A stretch of 63,436 nucleotides of DNA, filler included, from Rhabdomonas costata (GCA_019059605.1; 44 parts of 44 records of this genome joined end to end with filler, not necessarily neighbours in it); one strand, 5' to 3'; shown: positions 25,501 through 38,868, counted from the whole stretch's first letter. Translations and numbers: made by a program. Notes: generated by a model from the letters alone, not told the origin.

Positions 25501-26478
25501 TTGAGAGCTCGGAAACGTCAATGTTGTTGGTATTCAAAAACCTGCACCAGTGCACCTCACTAGTTTTGGCATGTTTTGCTTTGATTTAATTGAGGTAGGA
25601 AGGAAGTATCATGTTGTCTTCTGCGAAAAAGCAAAATCTAGGTGAGTAATTTACTCCCCAATCTTGAACGCAGCTGTTTTTCAGATCACAGCTTGCCAGT
25701 CTCCGTCGGCAGAGCGGACGAGCCAACTGAAGGTAAAAAATCGGAAAGTCACGGCACTGCGGCACAGGCACAACAGTTCGGGAAGAGTGCAACACAAAAA
25801 AGGTATAAAAAATGATGCTGGACCGTGCAGACACCGAGGAAGCAGAGGAGCTCCCAAGAATGCCGTGGTGTGTGATCAGAGGACACCTGCGGACAACCCA
25901 CANNNNNNNNNNNNNNNNNNNNNNNNNNNNNNNNNNNNNNNNNNNNTTAATTAATTAANNNNNNNNNNNNNNNNNNNNNNNNNNNNNNNNNNNNNNNNNN
26001 NNTTCCAGCTGGAACACGGACTTCATCACATACCATTGCAAAAATTGCGTAAATTACCGTGTGGCAGCAGCCCATAGCCCATAACTACGGCTCACAAGCT
26101 CCGTGTCAAGCAAGCCCTAAGTCAAAAAAGAAAGCGGATCACAGGCGCATTGTGCCTTCAAAAATGCCTTTAAAAACCATGTTTTAGGCGCAACGCCCAT
26201 CATCATGGAAGGCTACGAGGCTATAGAGGCTATAGATTCTAAATCTGCTCAGACTCTCACTTTTAGCATCGGGCCATATTTTTCATGCCAGATTCTCCGC
26301 TCCGGCTTAAAGGAAGTCACCCAGAGAACAGGGCGAAGAGTTGTGACGAAGTAAGTGGCGATTGGTGCGTGTTCTACGGTGGGCGGGGGAAGACAGATGG
26401 GTACTGCTAAAAGACCCCAAACACACACACACACACACACACGAGAGCAACGGAAACAGAATCGATGCATGCGCACAC

Positions 26479-27116
26479 CAGTGTAGTGGAGCCGCACTCC
26501 AGCTCCCCCCGGGCGATGAAGTAGATCCCCCGGCACGCCTCCCCGGCTTCCGCCAGCACATCGGACTGGGCAAGCACCTGGGCGTGCCAAAACAGGGTTG
26601 AGCACGAACTGGTGGGCGTGATGCAGGAAGGGAAAGGGATGCTTGCCACCGTTCTTCTCAGCTGCTCAGCAGAAGGGCAATCGCAGATTCGCAGATTGTT
26701 CCCTGAGGGATGGGAATCAGCTTCCACCTGTGCTTGCATGCATTGCAGATATGAGGGGGGCGGGGGATTCCCGACTGGGCTCCACTTCCGGGTTATCGAG
26801 TGCGCTGCGAAATAGCAAAGGCTCCTCCAGCGTGGGGCCCGAATGCTGTTCTCTCTGTAAATGCGAATGAATGGATGGGTGGTTTGGGATTTCTGTGTGA
26901 AGGTGCATGTTGACGGTTGTCAGGTAGTTGTTGTTGTGCCTCATTGTGATTTTTTTGTGTGATTCTTCGTTATTTTTGCAACAACTGTGTACCTTCGGGC
27001 TGAGCATGCCCTGCACGGTGGGCAGCATCTTCCGCAGCTTGTCTCCGTACCGCTTCATCAGCAGCGGGCACTGCAGCAGAACCTTCGCCGGCAGCTTCGG
27101 AATCCACTGCGCTCGC
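26479..27116 (-). CDS. Cyclic nucleotide-binding domain protein, two exons
   Basis: Exons 27116-26993 (..LLQCPLL..LSPK) and 26577-26479 (VLAQSDVLAEAGEACRGIYFIARGELEC). cNMP-binding pattern GE....YFI..G. Confidence 0.8.
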
Positions 27117-27755
27117 CTGAGCCACACACCACACGTGTACGAGGAGGGACGTGCGGACACACATGTTCGACTCCAGTCACAATTGGAGTTACCGGAGAAT
27201 GCATGTATATCAATGCAACTTGTTCTGCGTGTGTGAAGTGGGTTGGAGATCAAACTTAGCCATGGTGGAACTGATGCCAAATATAAACACGAAATTCGCT
27301 CAATAACTTTCGAAACATTAACACACCCACACACACACAAAAACACNNNNNNNNNNNNNNNNNNNNNNNNNNNNNNNNNNNNNNNNNNNNTTAATTAATT
27401 AANNNNNNNNNNNNNNNNNNNNNNNNNNNNNNNNNNNNNNNNNNNNTGTTGGGTGATCGCTCTCGTTCTCTTCTTCTGTTTCGTTTTCTTTCGTCCTTCA
27501 CACCGCCTCTCTTTTTTTGTCCCTTGCGCCTCCCGCCCGATGTTTTACCAATGCATGGTTCAATTTCCTTTGCACTGAATCAGCGCAATCAGGCAATCAG
27601 GCAACATACTGCCTTTTTTGTTCAAAGTGCTTATAGATGCCCATAGACGTGTAAAGGCTTGCCCCCGCAGTGTCCTCTGCGTTGTGGGTGATTTACCTTT
27701 GCACATCTGCAGTTTCTTTCTGGCAACGTGTGCTACAACGCAAAACGAAAAAAAG

Positions 27756-28770
27756 GCTGCGGAGGATGAGGAGAACCAGAGTCACTCCAAGCGGGCCCGG
27801 ATGCGCGCCGCCCCGAAGCGCACCAACCCCCCGAACCACATCCTCTTCGTGGAGCAGCTCCCGGAGGAGTCCGCGGACAACCAGCCCATGCTGACGGTGC
27901 TGTTCCAGAACTTCCCGGGCTTCAAGGAGGTTTGCCTCGCTCCATTACAGCGCCCCTCGCCCCAATGGCACCCCCTACGGGTTTGGCGTTCCCCTGTCTC
28001 TTGTGCCTTTGTCACGTCCTCTACCATTTCTGTCTCTCCCATCCTCTCTCTCTTTCTCTTTTTCAATTGACGGGCCTAATGGGCTTTAGATTTTGGAGTC
28101 TTGGGAGTTTGGGTTTTAAATCGAAGGCACGCTTATGGTGTGCTTGAAGCCTGACAGTCTTTGCAAATGGGGAGCCTGGTCTTGTTTTTTTTTGGGGGGG
28201 GGCTGTTTAGGAGGTAATTGTAACAGGTTTTATGGCCAAAATGCACTCTAGAACTTGGCTCCAGTCATTTAATGTTGTTTCGCTTATGCGGGGGGTTATG
28301 TCAACGGTACAACGGGGTGTGGGCAAAGCGATTCACACAATTAATTCCCTGTGCTACAAGCTCAGACCCGTTTCCGCGATAATGCCCCCCGCGCGCACAC
28401 ACTTATCTTTGTTTCGGTTTGCATATGCCGTGTGTTGTGATCAAACCGTTGCGACGGCGTTTTTCATACTTTTATATTGCTTGCTAGCTGTGGTTTTTGG
28501 GCTCTCTCCCAAGGCCACTTTCATCTTCCCCAGCTCCCCCTTCCTCCGGACGTGTTGGACCTGTCAACTCTGATCAATTTTCAATTTCAATTTTTTTTGG
28601 GGTAACTTTTATCCTCTTCTATACAATCGTTTTGGAATCCGGTGGTGTCGGTGTCGCAGGTGCGGATCCCGCCCAACAACCGGGCAATCGCGTTCGTGGA
28701 GTACGACACCACAGACAACGCCACACACGCGCTGAATAACCTGCAGGGCTTCCAGCTCACCCCAACCACC
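27756..28770 (+). CDS. U1A/U2B''-type snRNP protein, C-terminal RRM, two exons
   Basis: Exons ~27756-27929 ([29 protein letters not shown]) and 28660 to contig end ([27 protein letters not shown]). Confidence 0.93.
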
Positions 28771-28888
28771 CCAACCACACCCACCACANNNNNNNNNNNN
28801 NNNNNNNNNNNNNNNNNNNNNNNNNNNNNNNNTTAATTAATTAANNNNNNNNNNNNNNNNNNNNNNNNNNNNNNNNNNNNNNNNNNNN

Positions 28889-29985
28889 TGTGGTGGGTGT
28901 GGTTGGGGTTTGGTGTCGGTGAGGGTGTCGTGGTGAGGGTATCGTTGGTATGGGTGCGTTGCCTCTCCGCTGCGAGCTCCTCATCCTGATGTTGTGGTTT
29001 TTGGGCCATAGTATCAGGAGGAATGGGACCCACGTGGAGTTGGGAAGAAGGGTGAAATGAGTGAAAGCGTGAAAAACGCGCGATGGGGCTTATGCCCTGG
29101 GCTGAGAGAAAGCTGCAAAGCTGGGTCAGATGGGTAGCTTAGCGCTACCATTGTCGTATGCGATGCTCAGAACTGCACGATTGGGTATTACGCCAAGGCA
29201 GCCCCCCTCCCCCACAGGACTTCCTCACACGGAGCTCCAGAATTTACCATCGGATTGGGCAGAAGCAAATGGAAAGGGTGGGAAGGAAGGGCCGCTCACC
29301 TTAGCTCGAAGAAGAGCTTCCAGCTCAGCTGAAAACGAAATTAATTCCAGCAGGGAAAAGGTTGGAGGACGGCGCACCTAATCCCGCTACTGAATCAGCA
29401 GCAGAGTAAATACCAGTGTCGGGTTCAGAGGAAAAGTAGGGAGTTTAGCTTCAACTCCTCTTCCTTCTCTTCAACTCCTCACGTCAAAAAAGCACACCCC
29501 GCTCCTCCGCAAGTACAAGAGCCCAAGCAGCCATGGAATAATGACTCCTGAGCTGCAGAACGAATATGCTTAGTATCGTGGTCACTTCCTTAGTCCAGGA
29601 ATGAGAACGAAAAGAAAAGAAAGAATAGGAAGAGAGAAAAGCAGTGACCACACCAATCCGACCCGAGGACGGGGAGGCGATGCTGCTGTCGAGTCGGCTC
29701 TAGGCGGAGAGAGGTAAAAGAACGTTGCTGCGCCTTTCAAAGTGACAGAACGTGAGCGTTCGTCATCCCGATGAAAAATTATCCATAATTGCCCTTAGGA
29801 GTCTTTCAACAGATTCCTCGTGTGAGGACAAGGCTGCAGAGAAGATGAAAAGAGCACGAGGGAGGGGAATGGGAGGGTGCCTTGTGGTTGTCAATGGTCT
29901 GCTTCTGCTGCACAGTGAGCTGGTTCAGGAAGCTCAGCTCAGCCTCGTCCTCAGCCACCGCGCGAGCAAGGCGCATGTTCTCCGC
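28889..29985 (-). CDS. Coiled-coil protein, four exons
   Basis: Exons 29985-29881, 29699-29654, 29328-29300 and 28985 to contig start join in phase: AENMRLARAVAEDEAELSFLNQLTVQQKQTIDNHK|SRLDSSIASPSSGRI|AELEALLRAK|DEELAAERQR. First donor is GC. Confidence 0.65.
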
Positions 29986-30566
29986 CTGGACGTCACCCAA
30001 ACAAGCTCACAATGACTCACACCCCAAAAACAAGCGTGCTGGGACAGGGGAGCCGCCCACGGACAACAAGTCTTGGACCTTTGTGCGGCGCGTATTGGAG
30101 GGCCACTGAGACGCACTTGGGTCTGAGCTTCGAGAAGAAGGGAAAGTTAAGTGCGACTATTCATGTAAAAAGGTGAAATGCCTCCAGGACGGCTGCGGCA
30201 AGGCCAAGAAAAAATAAAGTAAAAAAAAAACCNNNNNNNNNNNNNNNNNNNNNNNNNNNNNNNNNNNNNNNNNNNNTTAATTAATTAANNNNNNNNNNNN
30301 NNNNNNNNNNNNNNNNNNNNNNNNNNNNNNNNGTTGTGGACCTCGTTGCGCGTTTTCTGCACGTGGCGTTGAACATTTCTGAGGGCAACAATTTTGATTT
30401 TTTTTTTGGGGGGGGAAGTAATGTCGACCACCTTTACGCACTAGTACTCCTGCACCATCTTGGTGCTCAGGTGCTCAGGTGCTCAGGGAGAACACGACAG
30501 AAGCTCAGCTTCCTTTTTTGTTTCGGTTGTGGTAGTGGGGGGATTGAGCGGGGGGTCGGCACGCAG

Positions 30567-30779
30567 ATCTCCGACATCCGCAGCACGGTGAAGTTCCAGC
30601 TGAAGAAGACGCTGTGCCTGGCCGTGGTGGCGGGGCATGTGAAGATGAGCCCCGACGACGTCCGGCTGAACGTCACCCTGTCGATCAACTTCCTGGTGTC
30701 TCTGCTGAAGAAGAACTGGCAGAACATCAAGGCGATCCACCTGAAGTCCAGCATGGGGAAGCCCCACCGCATCTACTAG
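30567..30779 (+). CDS. RPL10A: 60S ribosomal protein L10a (uL1), terminal exon
   Basis: cag|[59 protein letters not shown]. Confidence 0.97.
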   Translation: MSDIRSTVKFQLKKTLCLAVVAGHVKMSPDDVRLNVTLSINFLVSLLKKNWQNIKAIHLKSSMGKPHRIY

Positions 30780-31592
30780 ACGGCGGGCTTTGGGGAAAGC
30801 TGTGGAAAGGTGACCCCTTTTCCTGGTTTGCCTGTGAAGACGTTCTTGTGCGTGGTTTGTTGTGTGGCACAGGTCTTTGCGCAGCTGTGAGTTGATTTTC
30901 TTGGACCGCATTGCTGATGACGTGGAAAGGGATATATGCAGGATGGAGCTGAGGGAAATTTTATATGAAACCGTACATCCTCTTCATTCCGGCAACGGCT
31001 GGATTGCGTCCTCTGGATTGCATCCTCCCAATTTCGCACAGCAGCACGAAAAGGCTTTATTACAGGTTTGCTGCCAACGAGTCAAAGTGGAGTACTTCCA
31101 AATGAGAACGCCGGACACCCTGCATGAAAGAAATCCCTGACAAGAAGACCAAATCCCATGCAAGAGGCGCACACATGAGGGATTTTTTTTTGCCTTTGCC
31201 AGTCATGTGTGTGTTTGCGTGCCAGCTTGTTTTTTTCTTTGGGTGCTTTCTGCGCTGCTCAGTGCCGCTTCTGGATTTTACAAGGGGTGCGTTCCTGCTC
31301 GAGGTGTGGAATTTTCTGGTCTTCCCCGTTTTGTTTGCCTTCCTTCTCGCATTTCGTAATTATTTCGTTTGTCGTCAACCATCCGCCGCACCGGGCAGCG
31401 GCAAAACAATTGGCAGGAGGGAGAGGGCACGAGGGGAAAGAAGATGCACACGAACAGAAGCGCAACCGGGAAGACGGCGCAATGTTGTCGGAAGGCGCCG
31501 GCGGAAAACAAAGCAACAAAAAGAACCACACAACCAATAAAGCATTTGTGGGCGGTGTGGCTCGGAAAAACGGTGGAGGCCTGCCTTTTCTT

Positions 31593-31670
31593 CACCCTCG
31601 ATGCGCCTTGGGCCTTGACCCTCGATGCGCCTTGGGCCTTCACCCTCGACGCTCGATGCGGCCTTGGCTT
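31593..31670 (+). repeat. 24-bp tandem repeat
   Basis: (C/G)ACCCTCGATGCGCCTTGGGCCTT twice, plus a degenerate third unit. Confidence 0.85.
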
Positions 31671-33216
31671 CAAAAANNNNNNNNNNNNNNNNNNNNNNNN
31701 NNNNNNNNNNNNNNNNNNNNTTAATTAATTAANNNNNNNNNNNNNNNNNNNNNNNNNNNNNNNNNNNNNNNNNNNNGGTGGGTTTTGTGACAAATCACGA
31801 ACACTTTTGACTTTATAGACAGGAAGAAAAAGTACTCCCGGATCAAATCTCCCATCTGGATAGTTGCGTACCAAAGTGGGGTTCACAAGAACCCTTTGGA
31901 AATGCTTTTCTGACCCATGGACCTTGTGCAGATAGTATGATTGCTCAAAAAGCCAGGGTCGCACCAAAAGGTAAAATGAGGCATTTCGATTGATTTTATG
32001 TCTTGTATTTGCTTCCCTGTGAAGCCACTGAAACCGCTGTTGGAAAACCTGACCTTGACTAGCGACGATTACGATCCGATGATCATTTCCTGGGTGGGTG
32101 AAACAAACGTGTCGATATGTGGCGATATTTTTCTGTGCTGAGAAGTACGGGGTGAATGAACATTGAAAAGATGCCGACAATCTCCCGTAACGGCTAGGGT
32201 AGGTGCACTGCGTCAGCGCCCGTTGGCCGCAATCGAACCCGAGGAACACTGCCACCACCCAAAAGAACCTAAGCGCAAGGGCTTTTCAGATGGACAAAGA
32301 GACCGTGCGGCCCGTCCGGGAAACAAGACACATACCCGTGCCCCGGCCATGTCCTCCTCCCCGGGACCGGGGGGCGCCAGGTGGATGCTGCTACAGCTGC
32401 CATGCTGCGCGAGGCCCTCGTCCGGTCCCGCACACTCACCCTCCTCGCCAGCCGCTGCCCGTGCACCGGGCGAGGAGCTGTTGCCTGTTTCATTGTTTCG
32501 ACAAAAAGTAGGCAGCCCGTAACCACATAAGCGAGCCCCACACCGCCTGTCATGGAAGGGTTGTGTCCTGAAGTTGAACTCGCAGCAGACGCTCCTTCCA
32601 GTGTGGTTGTGCTTAATTACTTTCTTCCTGTTCTCCCTCTGGGAGGTACTCGAACCTCCCCCCCACACACACACTTGAGATAGACTCCCTTGGGGACAAA
32701 AATACAACCGCCTCAACAAGCGATGTGAAAAAGCAACCTGAACACGACCTGCAACCAACAACCGCATGCATACACAAGCGGGGACCTGAGGCGGCGAACG
32801 AACGGCGGGTGCGGGAGACTCGCGACGGGGAGCCTACGCTCAGCAGGCTGGAACCCTGGCCAAGCAGAGCACAAACCAGAACTCACAAACTACACGGGAG
32901 TCTAGATATTTCAACCCCAGGCGATCGGCTTGAACTTGATATGAGGTGCGCCAGGCCTGGATCTTGATTAGGCAAGTTTAGCAAATCGAAAACTGGTCTC
33001 GCTCGTGACAAAATACTGGAACGCTTGGGAGGTCCACATCGCATCTTGGGTGCCAACAACGATAATGCGGAACTGTGTGCACAGAATTCCGCATTATCGT
33101 TGTTGGCACCCAAACCNNNNNNNNNNNNNNNNNNNNNNNNNNNNNNNNNNNNNNNNNNNNTTAATTAATTAANNNNNNNNNNNNNNNNNNNNNNNNNNNN
33201 NNNNNNNNNNNNNNNN

Positions 33217-34136
33217 TGTTGGTGTGAAGGGCAAGACCAAAGCCACGGAGGTCTACGAGCTTGTCTGCCCCCGCGCCGTCGCCACTCCCTCCCAGCTTGC
33301 GCTCCATCAGTGCTTTGCCCGGGCCTACGAACTGATGCACACCACCAAGGACTACGCTGGGCTTGTGGAGTACCTGGAGAGCACCGCTGCCCCTGAGGGT
33401 GGCCTGGTGACGGGTTTCGCTGGCCCCGGCCTTGGCGTTGTTGGCGGGGTTGTAGTGGGAAGCGCAGGTCTGGCCTCTGGGGCTAGTGTGCCGTGTTCTT
33501 CTTTTGCTTGTACGTGAGTCGCTCTTGTTCCGGGAGCACTCGTTCTTTTTTCGATTTCCCTGATGTTCTTCTTTTTCTTGGGTGGTGCGAAAGCCGTTTA
33601 AGAAAGAGGATACCTGTCTCTGAACATGGGACACCAATTCATAGAGAACTGTGGTGGTGCAGTGGTAGCTGGTGGACCTATGGGAGGTGTCATGGCGACT
33701 GAAGCCCATGTGCGAAAACGGAAGTGCCAGACCAGATCTGGGATTTCGTCATTTTCTTGGGTTTCACATCTTGGCAGGTTTCTTTGGTATAATCACCGCA
33801 ACTATGCAGGGTATCAGTGCAGGCAACGTCACACAAGCAAAAGCAAATGCGGGGAGCGAGCAAAGGGGAAGAGAAAAAGGAGGAAACGAGACGGAGTTTG
33901 ACACATTTTCCCCACCAGAACAATTTTAAGTCCTCTCAACAAATGGCCTCAAGACACAGAGAGAGGAACGGCTGTGAAGCGTTGCTCGCACAAACAAACT
34001 GTTCCGCGAAGGTGCTGCCCGCCCGGGCTTGCCGGGCGTGCTCTCTGACCTGCCCGCGCTGCGAGTGGTGCTGGAGAAGGCCAAGCAGGCCTTGCCCTCT
34101 GCGCAGCTGGCCTGGAGCGACGTTGTCGCCCCTTAA
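33217..34136 (+). CDS. Class III adenylate/guanylate cyclase, C-terminal two exons
   Basis: VKGKTKATEVYEL ends the cyclase domain (exon ends 33398). Joins in phase to 34012-34136, GAARPGLPGVLSDLPALRVVLEKAKQALPSAQLAWSDVVAP*. Confidence 0.75.
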
Positions 34137-34715
34137 ACCCCCAAAGGGACGCGAGAGTAGTAAGTAGCGTCCCCAAGAGGTCCTTACACCTAGGTGCCTC
34201 CACTCAGGCTCTGTTCTTCCGCGTGTGCAGTCTTCTGAGGCGTCAGCAGACGACTGAATTGTCTGCTGATGCTGAATCCTGCGACCACCATCCAGGATAA
34301 CTTCGCTCTGCAGCTTTCCTTTACCCTAGGTTGGTGGTCTTTTGTGAGCATCCAGGATCGCATGTGCAGTTTGTGCTCTTCTGTGTGACTCCATCTGCGG
34401 TTCGCCTTTTGCTGAAACAACACTTTTCAGGGTCAGACCTCCTCTTCCTCAATCTCTGACGCATAAGTTTTTGCGTTATGCAATGCATTGTGTGGGCTGT
34501 GTGGAATAGAATAGTTCTCTCCCCCCAACAGGCGACACAATGCATTGCATAACACAAAAANNNNNNNNNNNNNNNNNNNNNNNNNNNNNNNNNNNNNNNN
34601 NNNNTTAATTAATTAANNNNNNNNNNNNNNNNNNNNNNNNNNNNNNNNNNNNNNNNNNNNGGGGGTGTGTATGCTCAGCCTTCGCTTCATTCTTGCATCA
34701 TTTTTCAAGGCCAGG

Positions 34716-35908
34716 GCTTTCTGTGGCTCAACCGGGTCCAGGACGAGCCATTCCTCCGTTGCACCTGGCTCGACGACTCATCCGCAAGCCTGAGCATACT
34801 TCCCCCACTGAACATTTGCTTTGACTTGGACGAGACGCTGATCTTCAATGCCGACGTGGCGGGCGCCAGCTCGCCGCTGGAGTACGTGGTCAAGGAGGCC
34901 CCTCACGCCTTAAAAGATGACTGCCCCGAGCTCCAACCAGGAAGCAATGCCCTCAACCCCACCTCGAGGAACAACATCGACACCCCGTTTGTCAGGCATA
35001 ACGTATGGTGCTTGCCTTGGCGGGTTGAGGCGCTTGGGACCGGGGAAGGGTTGGTGCTGTGCGAGCGAGTCCTCTTAAAACCTCCCTTTTTGCAAAGCTG
35101 CTCCGGGTTCTTCCCTCAGGTTGCCGAGTTTCTTGAGCTGATCTGCCCGTATTTTCGAAACGTTCGCCTTGCGACGTTCTCCGTCGAGGCGCGTGCAAAA
35201 GAGATTGCGGAGCTGCTGGATCCTGATCACGTCTCCCTGTTGAAGAACTACCGCACTGATCCTGTCACCGGGCAGAAGCCTGTGGCCAACACCGTGTTTG
35301 CACGAGAGCTCCTGCTGCAGCAAGGTGTGTTGCTATCATCAGTTGCTGCTTGCGCTCAAATGTGCCGCAAGACCCAGAGGTCAGAGGGTTTTGTTGTTGC
35401 TGATGCTTTATTGGGTGATGTTACTTTAGCCTCAAATCATGAAAATCCCTTTTTCTGTGCTCATTAAGACTACGGAAACGACTTTCTCGAGAGAGAATTT
35501 GAGAGAGAGAGAGAGAGAGAGAGATCATCAAGATCATCAAGCATCCGGGTCAAGCGGGACCCGAGCTCCTGCGCCACCACTCATCTCACCCAAAGAGAGA
35601 GAGAGAGAGAGGCACAGCACCGCCAAGAATGTATTGGGACCCCCTCCTAGCAAAAGGTAATGACAGAATGCTGAGTTGCTTTGTCCTAGAAGCTTTTTGT
35701 TCCCGTAAGTGAGTGAGTGGTCAATATTGGACCATGTCAAATCGGCTTTGCAGGGCACTGCTTGACCTCCGAAGAATACGGAAGGATCAGCTCAGGAGCC
35801 ATTTTCTGGCTCAAAAGCCTGGACATGCTCGACCTGCCTGTGAAAGGGCTGCTTCAGCGCTCGATCATTGTCGACGACCGCTGCGATGTTTGGGTGGAAC
35901 GGAATCAG
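34716..35908 (+). CDS. FCP1/SCP-family HAD phosphatase (NIF domain), three exons
   Basis: Exons ~34716-35002 (ICFDLDETLI), 35120-35324 (VAEFLE..IAELLDP..VFARE) and 35796-35908 (KSL..SIIVDDRCDVW). All GT-AG and phase-consistent. Confidence 0.9.
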
Positions 35909-36104
35909 GTCGGAGCACTCTGTCCCTGCTTTGCAATAGTTACATGCAGTGAATTCACTATTGCAAAGCAGGGACAGAGTGCTCCGACCTGATTCCCAAC
36001 CACANNNNNNNNNNNNNNNNNNNNNNNNNNNNNNNNNNNNNNNNNNNNTTAATTAATTAANNNNNNNNNNNNNNNNNNNNNNNNNNNNNNNNNNNNNNNN
36101 NNNN

Positions 36105-36567
36105 TGTTTTGTTGTGAAACTGCCACGGCTGAATCTTCCAGCTCCTCTGTGGTGGTCACCGCGGAGGAGCCGCCCTCCAAAAAGTCCCGCAGTTTGCCGG
36201 CTTGGGCTTCATCTAAGAGTATTCAAGTGCTTTCTCATCCGGAACGTCGTGCGGTTGCCACGGTGCGAAATCGGTTTTGCTATATATCTCATCAATTTGT
36301 TTTCTTGAAAGTCTTTCTTGCTGGTGAGGTTTTCTCAGTCTCTTTGAGCCGTTTCCGTCTGGCTTTAGCCTATCCGTGTGCTACCCCAGTGCCCTGCGCG
36401 TTCGCCGTTCTGCCCTTGGGAACTTTCAAAACGCCGCCTTCCTGCTGGCGCATCTCTCTCGATAAAGGCAACCTGCAGTTCACAGCGATTTGTTGTGATC
36501 GACCTGGAGACAACAGGGTTCGCTGCTTCTGACCAGATCATCGAGGTTGCAGCCGTTGAGCTCATAG
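36105..36567 (+). CDS. DEDDh 3'-5' exonuclease (DnaQ-like), two exons
   Basis: Exon 36486-36567 RFVVIDLETTGFAASDQIIEVAAVELI is the ExoI motif. The upstream low-complexity exon ends at 36262. Confidence 0.85.
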
Positions 36568-38828
36568 GTGTCTCGCATAGACTCGCAGGCACGCATACAC
36601 CGTGGGGGCCATGACGTAGCATCCCAACCAACCAGAATGCTTGTTACAGGGAAAAGTTGCAACCTGCAGAATTTGCATTTATTTGCATATATTTGCATTT
36701 TCGACCCCTGCCGAAATTTTGGCATGAAATGCACTTTTTTTTTTGCACTTTTTCTAACCCTTCGCTTGAACCATCGCTTCTTTTTACCCTTTTTTTTATC
36801 CCAATTTGCATTTTCACCTCCGAAGCCTATGTCTGGGTCCGCCACCGTCTGCTGCTGCTTAAGACGGAAATGCCCTTTCTCTTGCCCTTGCCTTGGGGTT
36901 TACTTTCTTTCACAAAGTGGACCCCCGGCAAAATTTGGCTGGAAATGCACTTTTTTTTTTGCGTATTGTTGCACTTTTTTGTTCTCGCCAATTCCTAGCC
37001 CTGTTGTTATCCGGCAGAATAGAACAGAGTACGAAATCAGCCTCGTAAGCTGTGAACGCCCCTTGCTGCAATGCCCCAGTTTGGAAAGACGGTTTAGCCT
37101 TCAGCTGTTATTCTCTGACGATGCCGTTTTCAGGTGAGTTGCAACGGGTTCCAATTTGAAACGACAGTTGTGGAACGGTTCAGACCAAAGTGTGGTAATT
37201 GTGTGGCTCTCTACTGTGTTGTATGGATGTCATGGTGATTTTTGACGATCGTTGCTGATCTGAACGCACGCAAGAGAATACTGTGTCTTAGAAGTGTCCT
37301 TTACAAAGAAACGACAAGAAAGGAATTCCATGCACCCACTTTCACAGTACTATGGCTGTGTATGACGCTTCAGTTGAATTGCAATAAATTTCTCAGGATC
37401 GACGGTGACGGGGCGTTTTTTCCACCAGTACACTCTGCCCACAACACCNNNNNNNNNNNNNNNNNNNNNNNNNNNNNNNNNNNNNNNNNNNNTTAATTAA
37501 TTAANNNNNNNNNNNNNNNNNNNNNNNNNNNNNNNNNNNNNNNNNNNNGTGGTGGGTGTGTTTGGTGGGTTTTCTGTGAAGTCAACAGCGGGTGAGAGTT
37601 TCGCTGACTTCCGGGTTAAACTTCGCTGAAGTTCTGGTTCTTGGAGAACTGAAGCTGCCGACTGATAACTTTTGTTCGGGAAACAGCAATATTTTTCCAG
37701 TGGCAGGAGAAATGGCACCCCACTCTTATCTATTTTCTTTTCGCATTGAAGTACAACACGCCCTCTCCCTCGAAAAGAGTCCTTCCAAAAGCGGAAACGC
37801 ACCCTCACAGAAAGACTCGACAGAGAGTGCATGCGCCTCGAGAAACAACACCGGTGGGAACGAAGTGGGAAGGTGTGCGGAAAAACCCATCCCCCGTGTC
37901 GGGTAACAAATTGATGCCATCACGCAAAGAGACACACACATACATACACGCACATACACACACACACACACACACGGTTTCTCTCGATTTTTGTTGCGGT
38001 TGTGGGTCAGTGCTACATGAGGCTGCGGAGGTATCCTGACGCCAATCTATAGCGTCATCAAACAACATTTTTGTGGTGCAATCAATTTCTTCGATTTGGA
38101 ATTTTACTCACCACTATTTAAAATTCTGCGAGGCTCTAAAGGGGGTTGGAAACCACACGCCCTGAGTGTGGAAACCACCCCCTGCAAGCCTCACAGAAGT
38201 GCGACGGTAAAACTGCCCAAGTGTTTTTGCTTCTTGCTTTTTTTTCCCCATTGACTTCTTTTTTGACATGGTCTCTGAACTTCTATGATTGTTGAGAGGG
38301 CAACAGCATAATTGGCATGGGCCCTTTCTTCCACAGTACATGCCTCGGGTTTTTCAGAGGTAAGTTCTTTCTCGCCCCAATTCCCGCTCACCCCATTTTT
38401 TTTTTGCATTGACACTGGAAAACTATTGGGACACTTGAAGTTGAGTTGCCGTGTAGCGGTGAGCGAAAGCCAGTTCAAATTGACATCACGAGCTTCCAGG
38501 GTTGAACAGTTTTTTCGATCGTAGAGAAACGTATCCTGCGTTATGTGTGGTTTTTCGCGTCTCACTTTGAACATGGCAGGCCACATCAGGTAGTGAAGGT
38601 GTCGGACGCTAACCGACCCGTTTACAAAAAAGGCACATTGGACAAGACAGTACAAAAAAGGCACATTGGAGTTGGAGTTGCTGAGGATCGCCAAGTTCCA
38701 CGGAGCTTTTTTTGTGGCAAATGAGCATCTGAATTGATTCAATTCTGCCTCTAGTATGATATATGCCTATAGTCTGCCTATAGTCTGATATAAAGATGAG
38801 AGGCTCCACTCAGCTTTTTAAGGTTTCT

Positions 38829-38866
<38 letters not shown>
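38829..38866 (+). repeat. (CA)n microsatellite
   Basis: Directly visible. Similar tracts at 21382-21412 and 45381-45417, and (GA)n at 35501-35523. Confidence 0.95.
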
Positions 38867-38868
<2 letters not shown>

